Assembly: GCF_963921235.1 (NCBI RefSeq)
Contig: NC_086097.1
Location: 41,294,001-41,358,000, forward strand
Reading direction: 5' to 3'
Source of the DNA: Mobula hypostoma
Taxonomy: Eukaryota
Length of the DNA: 64,000 nt
The first letter of the stretch is position 1. The number at the start of each line of letters is the position of its first letter. Below are positions 38,743 to 51,934 of this stretch, one piece after another. The notes beneath the pieces are model-generated. The model was not told the origin of the DNA, made no database searches, and was given only the letters and a program-made list of their open reading frames with translations. Made by a program: the position numbers and the translations under genes.

Positions 38743-39097
38743 AAGGAAGAGTTAGTAAAAGATTACAACCTGATGGCATGAACATCGACTTCTCTAACTT
38801 CCGCTAATGCCCCACCTCCCCCTCGTACCCCATCTGTTATTTATTTTTATACACACATTCTTTCTCTCACTCTCCTTTTTCTCCCTCTGTCCCTCTGACT
38901 ATACCCCTTGCCCATCCTCTGGGTTCCCCCCCCCCTCCGTCTTTCTCCCTGGACCTCCTGTCCCATGATCCTCTCATATCCCCTTTGCCAATCACCTGTC
39001 CAGCTCTTGGCTCCTTCCCTCCCCCTCCTGTCTTCTCCTATCATTTTGGATCTCCCCCTCCCCCTCCCACTTTCAAATCTCTTACTAACTCTTCCTT

Positions 39098-39139
39098 CAG
39101 TTAGTCCTGACGAAGGGTCTCGGCCTGAAATGTCAACTG
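39098..39139 (+). ncRNA. Minimal hammerhead ribozyme motif (stems I and III mutated)
   Basis: UAGUC CUGACGA A GGGUCUCGGCCU GAAAU GUC AACUG. Confidence 0.5.
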
Positions 39140-40824
39140 TACCTCTTCCTAGAGATGCTGCCTGGCCTGCTGCGTTCACCAGCAACTTTGATGTGTGTTG
39201 TATTGTGAATAGGTCTAGTCTCCCCACCTTCTTGATATGGAGGGATTTTCAGCCAAGGTCCATTTCTGGGAAGGTGGTTTTGTGGTAGAAGAATTTAAAC
39301 AAATGAAGCCCAGACTTAATTGAGTTCGGAAGAATGGAACGCGATCTTATTGAAATGTACAAAATTCTTGCAAGGCTCAAGTGAGGTTTCTCCTGGGTGA
39401 GCGGTTCGAGCAACCCAGTTCACCATCTCAGAATAAGAGGTCAAGAATTCCAGTCAGTGATGAGAAGAAATGTCTTCATCAAATGGAGGAAAATGTTGGG
39501 ATTCATTATCCAAGAGGCTCAGTTACTCAATATATTCAAGGCCATTTGGATAGATATTTAACTATTGAGAGTATCAGGGGATACAATCTGTGTTACTTCA
39601 TGAAAGTGAAGCTGAAGTTATATCTATGAATAACAATGCAGACACCAGATATTTCTGAAGGTTTTTGATACAGTTTCTGGCACATGTTCATTTTAATTTT
39701 ATGTGAGTGTGAGCTTGTTTTATATCTAATGATTTGGAGACAAGAGATGTAGTCCTACTACAACAGATGAAATTTTAGATTCAGTTTGAAATAATTTGTA
39801 CAGGAGTAAGTCCCCATAATAAAGACTATGAAACCACCACTAATCTAAGTGCCTATCTGGTTCGATAATATTATGTCAGAAAAACAAGGTTGTATGTGAC
39901 TTCAGAAGTACAAACTCTTCCCTTTAACATAAAATATTAAGTTCAAATGCATCTAGGGCAATAATTGCTGGCCTTACCTTCTGTGAATAAATGTTAAAAG
40001 AGCTCAGATAATTTATTAACAAGGTTGATTTGAATTCTGCATCATCTAATACTGCATCATTTCAAGAAACCCGATTCCCAGATAATATAATGTAGTATTT
40101 CAGATTAGACACCAACATGTATTCAGTATTGTGTGGATAACCAAATTACTCTTTTGAACCATCCGCAGCTCATTCTGTACTCGGCCTTAGTGAAATAGTA
40201 AGAATTTTCTGCCAATGTGGCATTGCTTGGTCCTTTTATTAAAGAGTTCTTTACATTTGGGACTTGGTTGTTGCTAATTTATTTTATGCTGTCAAGTATG
40301 ATGGCAGGCGCATGCACAGTGCAATAACAGAGGGCAAGATTGGGCAAGCCGGCAATGAACAATATTCATCATATTACAGAAGTGTGATGTATCATTTAGG
40401 CCTCCTATTACAAAGCATGATTTATCTCCCTCTAGAGCACCACCATAATAGTACTTGTTTATTTTGATCATTAAAAGCAGGTATTAGATAGGTATTCAAG
40501 ATTTATTTGTTGAACGTTGCTTTATAGGGTTTAGTTCAGAAATTTGAAGCTCTGCATCAATTAGCTATGGTATATGTAGATATCTGCTCCTCAGAGATGA
40601 GTTTCACCATCCCAGCTCGAACTGGTTCACCGTAACTCTGTGAGCTTTGTTCAAGCATGGAAACTAGTTCTAGATACCAGATGGTGATTTACGAGGAGCA
40701 GTAACCTGGAATGCTAGCTCAACCAGTTCCAGTATAAAAAAGAAATGGTTGCCCAGAGTGGCAGTTGGCAAAGATATACAGGGAGTGGTTGGTGTGTGGT
40801 ACGCCGTGCTTAGGGTGGTGGTAG

Positions 40825-42360
40825 AGTCATAGATTACTACAGCACAGAAACATTCCTCCTGGCCCATCTAGTCTGTGTCAAATTATTATTATGCCTAGTG
40901 CCATTGACCTGCACACCACATCATAACCCCATACCCTTCCCATCCACGTACCTATCCAAACTTCTCTTAAATGTTGAAATCAGACCCGCATCCACCAATT
41001 CCACTGGCAGCTCGTTCCACACTCCCACCACCCTCTGAGTGAAGAAGATCCCCCTCATGTTCATCTTAAACATTTCACCTTTCACATTTAACCCATGGCC
41101 TCTAGTTCTCATTTCATCCAACCTCAGTGGAAAAAGTCTGCTTGCTATCCATACCCTGCATAATTTTGAAAATCTTTATCAAAACTGCCTTATTCTCCTA
41201 CTCTCCAGGAAATAAAATCCCAACCTATTCAACCTTTCCCACCTTTCCCTAAAACTCAAATCAAGTCCTGGCAACTTCCTTGTAAATTTTCTCTGTACTC
41301 TTTCAATCTTATTGATATCTTTCCTCTAGATAGGTGACCAGAACTGCTCTCTATAGTCCAGATTAGGCCTCACTAATGTCTAATACAATTTTGACATAAC
41401 ATCCCAACTAATTTGATTTATGAAGGCCAATGTGCCAAAAGCTCTCTTTTACAATGCTATCTACCCGTGACACCATTTTCAAGGAATTATGAATCTGTAT
41501 TCCCAGAGCCCTTTGTCCTACCACCCTTCTCAATGCCCTACTGTTCACTGTGAAAGTCCTACCCTGCCTTCTTCTCCCAAAGTACAACACTTCACACTTG
41601 TCTGCATTTTTGGAGTGGTGCCCCTCTACTGTGTATGTTTACTTTTGCCTTTATATTTTTCTCCCTTTTGCTGCTCAATATTTAATTTGATTTTGTTAAG
41701 GTCGTGGTTTTTGTGGATGTGCTGTATTTTTTTGGTTTTTTTGTTTATTTGTAATAAAAAAAATAAAAAGGATATATTTTTAAAAATTCCAATTCAGCCC
41801 ATTGTTCCAGCTGGTCCAGATCCTGCTGCAAGTTTTGATAGTTTCCTCACTGTCCACTACACCCCCAATCTCGGTGTCATCCACAGATTTGCTAATCCAT
41901 TTAACCACATTATCATCCAGATTGTTGATATAGATGACGAACAACAACAGACCCAGCTCCGATTCCAGGAGCACTCCACTAGTCACAGGCCTCCTGTCAG
42001 AGAGGCAACCATCTACTACCACTCTCTGGCTTCTCCCACAAAACCAGTGCTTAATTCAATTTACTACCTCATCTTGATTGCCAACTGACGGATCCTTCCT
42101 GACCATCCTCTCTTGTGGGACCTTGTAATCGCCTTGCTGTAAATTCCATGTAGACAACATCCACTGCCTTGCCTTTATCAACTTTCCTGATAATTTCCTT
42201 GAACAAGACTATCAGACTGATAAAACTGAACCTACCACACATGAAGCCATGTTGACTATCCCTAATTAATCCTTGTTAATCCAAATACTCTATATCCAGT
42301 CCCTTAGAATACCTGCCAACAACTTTCCCACAACTTATGCCAGGCCCGCCGGCCTATAAT
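40825..42360 (-). mobile_element. CR1 LINE RT-to-3' fragment with a small nested AT-rich insert (~41605-41785)
   Basis: ORFs 40921..41121 (TRGHGLNVKG...FFTQRVVGVWNELP), 41408..41590 and 41780..42022 (VTSGVL...LFVIYINNLD). Confidence 0.85.
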
Positions 42361-42361
42361 T

Positions 42362-42545
42362 AAATGTAGTGGGAGATACATAAGGGGTATTTTAAAAAAC
42401 GGTTACATAGGCACGTAGATGATAGAAAAAAAAATGGAAAGCTCTGTAGGAGGGAAGGGTTAGATTAACCTTAGAGTAGATTAAAGGGTCAGCATAACAT
42501 TGTGGACTGAAGGGCCTGTACTGTGTTGCAATGTTCTATGTTCTA
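42362..42545 (+). mobile_element. CR1 3' terminal fragment
   Basis: gggtcagcataacattgtggactgaagggcctgtactgtgttgcaatgttctatgttct. Confidence 0.65.
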
Positions 42546-44298
42546 AAAATGCTGGAACCATCAGAAAGTCAAATAGTATCTGGGGAAGATTATATCGAGT
42601 TAATGACCTAAGATCTGAACTAGAAGAAATTTGGGAGGATCAATTCTAAGTAAGTACAAGGCCAAGGAATATGGGAGAAAGTACAAAGGGGATAGTTTGT
42701 TATAGTGTGGAGAATGGGAGTGTTGAAGGTGAGGGGGTTCACTGACCAACGAATCGAATAAGCAACAGGATTCTACAGTAAGTAATCAGTGCAGGAATGG
42801 CGGCAGAACCTGCTGCTTGAGGAAATAGTGTTTTTGAGTCAGTTTGTTCAATTCAGTACCTGATACTGGTGGAAATAGTATTTCTGAGTCAGTTTGTGCA
42901 ATTCACTATCAAGGCTGTCCTTTGAGGGAACATTGTGCTTGCATTGACCAAAAGTTGAATGAAGAAACAATGAGACCGAGGACTCAAAGCTCAGAATCAC
43001 GCCCACACGCATCTTGGATAGCTTTAGTAAAGCAACCATCCTTTTATATATTTAACTGATGATTCATGTGTTTTAAGGGCACCATGAATCACTATGATTA
43101 AGAGGGAGTCTCATTGGACCCAAATGGTTCGACCTCCCTATCAGCTCCTGCTGTGGTAATGGCCTAATGTTTGTCTGTGCTATCTTAGATAATAGATGAG
43201 GAATTCAAGGTGTATTTGTTGAATGTGTGCTCTGGTGTTGGAGGTTTGGAGCTTAGTAGCAGTGTCCTGGATTGCTGGCTTAACCAGATCTAGTTAAAGA
43301 AAAGTATAACTGTTACCTAGAGTGGCAGAGTATCAGTCTGTATGGACTGGTACCTCATCCTGGAGGAATGTCCGAGTACCTGGCATCCACTGACGACTAA
43401 TGTGCCTGGCCAGTCCCCTCAGTGCAGTCATTTAAAGCTTTAATTGATTTACTTTCACTTCTCGCCGTTGTTCCCTCCAAGATTCCCATTAGATCTCTGT
43501 CAATCCACTCTGTAGCTATCTCTTTCACAGTGCCCTGTGCTGCTGGCCTGAACATAACTGTCCCTGACATACAGTTTGTATTGTCATCTAACACACCTTT
43601 CTTTCCTCTGCCACTCTCTCAGATTACTCTAAAGAGCAATAAAACTTGAGTGACATTTTACTTATGACCAAACAGCTCTCTCCGCCTTTTTCCACCTTCC
43701 CCACAATACCATTCAGCTAGTACAAAGAGATTTAAAATCTCCACATCATCATAGCTGAAACCACTAAGTACAATATTTATAGATTCTTTGGTGTTTCTAA
43801 ACTTCTGCCAATATGACGGGATACAACTGAGGAGGTTCCTAGAAATGAGGAATTTTTTAACCTCAGGTGGTTACAAGATAGAATGTACTGCTTGAGAAGA
43901 TGGAAGAGCCATGTACTCTCAAAGCATTTAAAATATTTCTGGATGAGCACTTGAATCACCAAAGTTTAGAAGGTTACGAACCAAGGACTGGTGAAGGGGA
44001 TTAATATAGTTGATTATTTAATGCTAGATTGACATGGTGGCTCAAAGATAAATTGCTAAGTAGTTTATTATTGTCACATGTACCAAGATACAGTGAAAAA
44101 CTTGCTTTGCGTTCTACCCAGACAGATCAATTCATTACAGCTATGCATTGAGGTAGTTGAAGGAAATACAGTAACAGAATATAGAATGAAGTGTTACAGT
44201 TACAGAGAACATGCAGTGCAGGCAGACACTTAGCTGCAAGGTCACAACAAGAGAGATTATGAGTTCAAGAGTCTATCTTCTCAAACTAGAGAACTGTT

Positions 44299-46073
44299 TT
44301 TTTTTAATATAATTTTTATTGAATTTTCAAAAAGAATACATGAAAAAAAGAATCTACCTTCCCCCCTCCCCTTAACCCTACCCCCCACATATATAGTCCT
44401 ACCTAAAAAGAAAGAAAAAGAAAGAAAAAAAAAGAAAAGAACCGCCTGGGTATTGGAAGGTTTCCACATGCTCCATGGGATTCAAAAATGAATTTGGTAT
44501 AATTATTCGTTACTTTCCCCAAGTGACCAAAGTCTTTATCGGAGCACTTAAATATGACATCCTATCTTTTGTAAATAAGGGCACCAAATATTCAAAAATG
44601 TTACATATTTATCTCTTAAATTATAAGTAATTTTTTCAAGTGGAATAGAACTAGCCATTTCATTATTCCAACGATCCATACTTAAATACGAATCAGATTT
44701 CCAAGTAACTGCTATAGTCTTCTTAGCTACTGCCAATGCAATTTTTATAAATTCTTTCTGATATTTATTCAATTTAAGTTTCGGTTTTATCCCTTCAATA
44801 TCACCTAATAAAAATAATACAGGGTTATGTGGAAGTTGAATTGCAGTAATTTGTTCCAATAAGATTCTTAAATTTATCCAAAAGGGTTGAATTTTAAAAC
44901 AAGACCAAGTAGAATGTAAAAAAGTACCAATTTCTTGATTACACCGAAAACATTTATCAGAAAAATTTGAATTTAATCTATTTTTTTTTTGCGGTGCAAT
45001 ATATAATTGATGTAAAAAATTATATTGTACTAATCTAAGTCGAACATTTATTGTATTTGCCATACTGTCAAGACAAAGTCTTGACCAATTTGTTTCATCA
45101 ATAATAATATTCAGATCTGTTTCCCATTTTTGCTTTGACTTATGGGTTCCTTGTTTAATTGTCTGTTCTTGAATCAAATTATACATACAAGAAATAATTT
45201 TTTTAATTTTCCCTTTTTGGATTAAAATTTCAATTTCATTAGGTTTTGGCAAAAACATTCTTTTACCCAGCTTACCTTTTAAGTAAGCCCTTAATTGAAA
45301 GTAACAAAAGAAAGTATTATTAGATATTTTATATTTATCCTTTAATTGTTCAAATGACATCAATATACCTCGTTCAAAACAATCTCCTATAAATTTAATC
45401 TCTTTTTGGTACCAATTATATAAAAGTTGATTGTCCATTGTAAAAGGAATAAGTCTGTCTTGGAACAAAGGTCTCCTTGCTAATAGAGATTTCTGTGTTT
45501 CATTATCAACATTTATCTTATTCCATAGATCAATCAAATATGTTAATATAGGAGATTCTTTCTTTTCCCGTATCAATTTAGATTCCCATTTATATATAAA
45601 ATCTTCAGGTCTATTTTCTCCTATCTTGTCTAGTTCTATTTTAATCCATGCTGGTTTTCGATCATCGAAGAAAGATGCAATAAATCTAAGTTGATTTGCT
45701 TTATAATAGTTTTTAAAGTTTGGAAGTTGTAATCCTCCTAACCTAAATTTACATGTCAATTTTTCCAATGATATTCTTGACATTTTACCTTTCCAAAGAA
45801 ATTTTCTCACACATTTATTTAACTCTTGAAAAAATTTCTGTGGCAATTGTATTGGTAATGTTTGAAACAGATACTGTAATCTAGGAAATATATTCATTTT
45901 TACAACATTGACTCTACCTACTAATGTTATTGGTAATATCATCCATTTGTCAAGATCTTCTTGAATTTTTTTCAATAGTGGTAAATAATTAAATTTATAT
46001 AAATTCTTTAGATCATTATCAAGTCTTATACCTAAATATTTTATACCATTTACCGGCCATCTAAATTGGGTTA
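44299..46073 (-). mobile_element. 5'-truncated L1-clade LINE with poly(A) tail and 16-bp TSD
   Basis: TSD aaactagagaactgtt at 44283-44298 and 46074-46089; minus-strand AATAAA followed by an A-tail. Confidence 0.92.
44548..46072 (-). pseudogene. L1 ORF2 C-terminal half (post-RT region and Cys/His zinc finger), uninterrupted frame
   Basis: 475-aa ORF (GRVNVVKMNIFPRLQYLFQ, GGLQLPNFKNYY, CFRCNQEIGTFLHSTWSC); the frame stays open upstream through IKYLGI to the truncation point. Confidence 0.9.
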
Positions 46074-47869
46074 AAACTAGAGAACTGTTGAATAGGCTTA
46101 AGAACAGGACAGAAGGACAGAAGCTGTCTGATGGGAGGGAGGAGAAGAGAGAATGTCTGGGGTAAGTGGAGTCTTTGATTCAGCTGGCTGCTTTACCAAG
46201 GCAACAAGAAGTATAGACAGAGTCCATGGAGGGGAAATTGGTTCCCATCATGTGCTGAGCTGTGTCCACAACTCTGTTGTTTCTTGTGGTCAGTTGCCAT
46301 TTCAAGCTGAGATGATTCTGGAGAGGGTGCTTTTCATAGTGCATTGATAAAACTCAGAGGTTCAAAAGGAACAATTTTTTTAGCCTCCTGAGGAGGTAGA
46401 GGTGTTGGTGACCTTTCCCGGCAGATTGGATCTGAGAGGCTGTTGGTGATATTTACTCCTAGGAACTTGAAACTTTCGACCTTTTTGACCTCAGCCCTTT
46501 AATATAAACAGAAGCACGTGCACTGCTCACCTTCCTGAAGTCAATGACCATCTCTTTTGCTGACACTGAGGGAAAGATTGTTGTCATGACGCCATGTCAC
46601 AAGGCTCTCTTTTCTCCTTCCTGTACTCTGACTCATCATTATTTGAGATAAGGCCATCTCTTTAGTGTGACATCATCTGACAGTGCAGCACTCCCTCACC
46701 ATAGAGACTCGATTTTTGTTCTCAAGAATCTGGAAAAAAACTTTAGCATGCAAACTTCCGATCCAGGGAAAACCAAAAAACCATGGTATATGTATGGATC
46801 CTTTCCTGATTAAAGGAATGGATTTTAGAAAGTCCCAATGGAACACAAGCACAAAAGAAAACACAATTAGAACAAAAACAAGTCCATTTTAGTGTAAAGT
46901 AGTCAGACTTTCCAGAGAACTCTTATTTTTCTCCTACCATCACCGTAATCCCTTCAAGGTCAATTTCTGGACCTCAATCAAGCTCCATTCTCATTAAAAT
47001 TTTAACCATCTCTAGTCTGATCTCTAGTCTGGTTGACATTATACATGGTTCTCTCTTCTTGGGGGGTGATTCTTCTCTTCCTAAAGAAATAAATGTTTCC
47101 TCCATCAAAGAGTCTCCATAAAGCAGTTTCCTGTCTCCAAACTTTCAGTCTCATCTAATCTTCGCTGAAGATATTTGTGTCTTCCTTTAGCATCCTTGAA
47201 TTCCTGTTGAGCCATTAAAATGATTCTAATTGAAAGAATCTAACAATTCATTCATTCATTGTTCCTTCAGATTCAGTCATAACTATCAAAACAGAGTTGG
47301 TTAAGCACCTTAAAGGAAAAATATTGCAGTCATTATGGGGAAATGACACCCCTTCCATGACACAACTGCAATCAATTTGTGGGGGAAAAGTTGTATTGTA
47401 TGTGGTGCAAAGTGGGATTATGGGCAGAAAATGCTGGAATACCTAACAGGCTAAGCATTCGTGGAAAAATAGACAGAGCAAATGCCTAGGCCAATGATCT
47501 CCCTGCCATGAAAGGTTGTCAAAACAAAACACCAATCCTTCCTCTTAGCCAAAGATTCTACCTGATTGTTTAATATTACATGTTTAGACAGAATTTGAAA
47601 TGCTGTTCCTTGAGCTTACATCTTTGGTTCTCCCTCCTCTGTTCTTCCTCCAATTTTGCCTCCTTTTAATTTAACATTTTTACTGCAACAAACAAAACTT
47701 CACCTCCCACTCCCAAATGACATCAATTGCTAACTCCCATTTTCCATCGGTCCCCATCCTGTCATAGACATTTGGCAAGCATACATGGTCACAATTAAAT
47801 GGCCAAAATGGTCAAAATTATTTCACATAGTCAAAGTTATCTGACTTTGAAAAAGGGCAAACAGATTGT

Positions 47870-48065
47870 CCTTGATATATTGGCCAAATCAGCAGTATCA
47901 AAACAGATGTTTTGTGTGTTGCATGTGCAGTAGACTTTTGTTGTGCACAGATTGGCTGATGTTTCTTACACTAGAGTAGTGACGGTATTCCAAAACTAAT
48001 TCAGTAAGTGAAAAGTTCTTATGCGTGTCATGAAAAGGCACCACATAAATCCAAGTTTGTTTTAT
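47870..48065 (+). mobile_element. Deu-domain SINE 3' remnant
   Basis: tgtgcacagattggctgatgtttcttacac...agtgac...catgaaaaggcaccacataaatccaagt. Confidence 0.5.
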
Positions 48066-48627
48066 TTGCCTACACTTCCATTTGGTGACCCAGAATGTTA
48101 TTGTATGGCAGAGTTACATTGAAGAGTGTGGTTGTGTTTCCTGCTGGTGTTGTATCTGTCTCTCTCCGATTCCAATGATGATGCCTGTAGTAAATGGCTG
48201 ACTATTTATACATTCCTGTAATGACCCAGTAATAAATTTCAATGGTTCAATGGTTCAATTTAATATCTGAGAATGTATACCCTATACAACCTGAAACCCT
48301 TACTCTTTACAGACACCTACAAAACAGAGAGAAAAAAAAACCCAAAGAATGAATGACAGAAAAATGTTGGAACTTCAAAGCCCCCTCCCCCCTCCCATGC
48401 ACAAGCAGCAGCAAAATTATCATCTCAACCCCTTTCCCCCTCCCCATTTGCTCTGGCAAAAGCATCTGCCCCTCACCCCACCAGTTTGACCTCCACCAGG
48501 TCTCAGTTTGGTCTTGCATATAGAGATGATAGCTCCTGAAAGGCATGGTATGCAATATTATTCCATACACTTTAGCAGTTTGGGGAGACTTTCTTGACAT
48601 CCACAGAATGATATTGGTTAGTATAAT

Positions 48628-49710
48628 TCTCAGAATCAGAACCAGGTCTATTATCATGGATCTATATCATGCGATGTGTTGTTCTGTGGCAGCAGTACAA
48701 TGCAAGGCATAAAACATTACTGTAAGTTACAAGAAAAATATAAAATAAGTAAGTAGTGCAAAGGAGGAATAGTAAGGTAGTGTTCATTGTTTCATAGACT
48801 ATACAGAAACCTGATGATGGAGGGGAAGAAGCTGTTGTTAAAACATTTCATCTGCATCTTCAATCTCCTGTACTTCCTCCCTGATGGTAGCAATGAGAGG
48901 AGGGCATGTCCTGGATGGCAAGGGTTCTCACAGATGGATGTTGCCTTCTTGACTTTGTGCCTTTTGAAAATTTCTTCAACAATGGGCAGACTTCTGGGGC
49001 TGATGGTGCTGGCTAGTTCTATAACCCTCTACAGTCTCTTTCAATTCTGTACATTGGAGCCTCCATACCAGGCGGTGGTGCAAGCAGTCAGATTGTTCTC
49101 CACTATACATCTGTAGAAACTGGCTGGAGTCTTTGGTAACATACCATTATCTCCTCAAACTCCTAAGAAAGTATAGCTACTCGTATGCCTTCGTCATGAT
49201 TGCATTGATATGTTGGGCACAGGGTAGATGTTGATGCCAAGCAACTTGAAGCCGATTGCCTTTGCCTTTCTCCCAACTTCCCCTTCCCGAAGTTCACAAC
49301 CAATTCCTTAGCCTTGCTGACGCTGAGTGCAAGGTTATTGTTGCTGAACCACTCAACCAGCTGATCTATCTTGCTCCTGTGTATCTCTTCGTCACCAACT
49401 GAGATTCTGCCAGCTTCAGTGGTGTCATTAGCAAATGTATGAATTAAATTTATAGATTACTTTATAAATTAAAGTAATTATAGATGGCATTTAACTATGC
49501 CTGGGCACCCAATCATGAATGTAGACAGAGTAGAGCAGTGGGTTAAGCATGCATCCTTCTGGTGCACCTGTGTTGATTGTCAGCAAGGTGAAGATGTTAT
49601 TATTGAACTGCACTGACTGTAACCTGCCGATGAAGTAAAAGATCCAGTTGCAGAGGGAGGTACAGAGGCCCAGGTTTTGAGGCTTGTTGTTTAGTACTGA
49701 GTCTGTGTGA
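48628..49710 (-). mobile_element. Old Rex1/Babar fragment
   Basis: ORF 49491..49721 LCNWIF...TINTGAPEGCMLNPLLYS; (cagaat)n tail. Confidence 0.75.
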
Positions 49711-51415
49711 GAATAAGGCATTTCTTTCTCATCTTACCGCATTGATTAAATCAGATCAAAGTTTCTTCAAAAATAGTTAATGTTTATTTATGTTATACAT
49801 TATTTACAATAGTCATTTACATTAAGCGCATATATATGTGTGTATATATAATCTGTTGGAAAAAGAATTGTATTTATGTAATTAGAGCTATTTTGCAGTC
49901 TAATTGCTTGGTTAATTTATCAGAGGATCTCAATACTCAAATTTGATTTCTGATTGGTTGGATCTGTAATTTGACCAATACTTATATTGTAATTTTTAAT
50001 ATCACTCGTCCTTGTACAACACCCAGCCATGCTGGGCCAACAGAGAGAATCCAGAAATTTTCTCTTCCAGGTCAGAGCAATAAAGTGATATTTATTGGCC
50101 TGATAACGGAAATATCTACCTCATTAAGCCTAGAATGGTGGTAGTTAGTGTAATTGGTCTCATGAATACTTCTTATGAATCCATTAACTTTGACTTTATA
50201 GCAAATCCTTTCAGTAATCAATGCATTTTCTTTGCTTCCTTCAGTAAATAACTTTAATTCTCTTTGTTCTCAAAGTATTTAAATTTCCTATAATATAATT
50301 GAGGTTTCATTTCCCAGACTGTATTCTTGCACCATTTGCTCATCAGACTGGTGGATAAACAATAGATAAAGAGGCTGATTGGCTACATTATTTCCTATTG
50401 ATTAGATTCAGTCACTGTTTTTCACATGTTATTGACTTTTGGGTCTAGGTAGGGAATGGACTGCAAAGCAAATGAAAGCATCATTCATTATTTTACTGTT
50501 AAAGCTGGATAAATCCACTCTTTAACGCTGATAGCTATCAGCAGAGATCAATGTGAAAAGCACTCTTAATGTCACTCACCTAGTCAATGACTGACTGACT
50601 GATTCCTTTTGCACTGAATCATTTTCCAATCCTTCTCATATGACAGTACTATTCTTTGGATGCCATTTCTTGCTCTCCTTCCTTTCAGTCTACTGCTTCT
50701 GGCACTCTGTGCCATGCACCAAGCCTCCCATCTTTCCTCTAGATTGCTTAAAAATTTCTCGGTTTCTGACCACAAGGTAGACATCTTTTGGATTCTTGAT
50801 CAGGGCTCCAAAGTTCACTGTCTTTTCCCCTAATATCTGATACTCTAAAACTATGACTTTTCTAATCAACATTACTCATTACCTCCATCTGCAAGCTCCA
50901 ACCTCGAACATTATTGCCCTAGGAAAATATTTCAACATTGGAGAGGTCCAGTTTTTGGGTTCCTTACTCTCTGCATCCCCCAGGTTCTGACCCTTCTGAC
51001 TGCAGCTGTGATCTGACTGTATACTGGCCAACATAATTCTCTGTCCTTGATTTTTGTCTCCAGAAAGGGAATGTTTTATTTCTCCACCCATTGACCTTGA
51101 ACTAGAATGACTGAAGCTCAGGATATAGTCCATAACAATTGGAGTTATTACACAAACGAGTAATACACTGTAGGTTTACAGTACTCCTTCATAACTCTCA
51201 CTCACCCTGCAAAGTACATTGATCATATGCTGGGTGTTTGAACATTAACCTTTAATTGGTGTGCACGTTAGCTGCTGACCATCCACTGGATCTCTCTACA
51301 CATCTATTTGCTTTAGATTCAGATAGCTAACTCAACTGAAGCAAGATATTCTCCAATGCACTGTTCAAAAATTGAACATAACAAAAGAAATTGAACACGT
51401 TATCTCTTAAACCGA

Positions 51416-51645
51416 GCAACACACACAAAATGCTGGTAGAACGCAGCAGGCCAGGCAGCATTTCTAGGAAGAGGTACAGTCGACGTTTCGGGCCGAGACC
51501 CTTTGTCAGGACTAACTGAAAGAAGAGATAGTAAGAGATTTGAAAGTGGGAGGGGGAGGGGGAGATCGGAAATGATAGGAGAAGACAGGAGGGGGAGGGA
51601 TGGAGCCAAGAGCTGGAAAGTTGATTGGCAAAAGAGATACAAGGC
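51416..51645 (-). mobile_element. Penelope terminal-repeat fragment; hammerhead core mutated to CUGACAA
   Basis: Near-identical to the reverse complement of 38980-39200; motif at 51477-51518. Confidence 0.85.
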
Positions 51646-51724
51646 TAAAACTGAGATAGCTTTATCTGAGTTTTTGCAGAGGTTCCCCTTGTCCAGCTAA
51701 TACAACAGAAAAGGCATGTGATAC

Positions 51725-51916
51725 TGTTGTGTATGTGACCGTTTAGACAACAATTAATAAAAACACTAGAGACTGGAGCTAAGTTAACAGAGGCTTTTTA
51801 CGGAACTCGAACTGAACCCATATATACAGATCAATACGTGCCTAATAGCGCATGTTCAATAACGTGTTACTACAACATAAAATAGTCCCATATAATATAG
51901 TACGCTATATGGTACA
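51725..51916 (-). repeat. 3' LTR (192 bp)
   Basis: Plus strand tgttgtgtatgtg...tatatggtaca, direct repeat of 57283-57492. Confidence 0.92.
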
Positions 51917-51934
51917 CTCCTCCCCTTTTATTTT
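51917..51934 (-). other. Polypurine tract
   Basis: Minus strand AAAATAAAAGGGGAGGAG directly abuts the 3' LTR. Confidence 0.85.

Larger units (their letters stand above)
38603..39200. mobile_element. Penelope-derived inverted-repeat insertion with perfect 13-bp TSD
   Basis: 38640-38764 is nearly the reverse complement of 39076-39200; TSD tattgtgaatagg at 38590-38602 and 39201-39213; spacer carries the Penelope ORF end (GMNIDFSNFR*). Confidence 0.9.
38390..39600 (+). mobile_element. Old CR1 fragment hosting the Penelope fold-back
   Basis: ctggaatattgtgaatagg|tctagtctcccc (LEYC motif) split by the insertion; gatcttattgaaatgtacaaaattctt. Confidence 0.65.
44055..46655 (-). mobile_element. Old Rex1/Babar 3' fragment split by the L1 insertion
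   Basis: Tail tttattattgtcacatgtacc at 44064; resumes after the TSD at 46090 with Rex1-like antisense sequence (ttcctgaagtcaatgacc; aggaacttgaa). Confidence 0.6.

Noticed and set aside
50574..51133. Host exons suggested by minus-strand donors (TAG|GTGAGT at 50580, GAG|GTAA near 50882) and short ORFs
   Set aside because: No convincing acceptor and no recognisable protein; such motifs occur by chance in 64 kb
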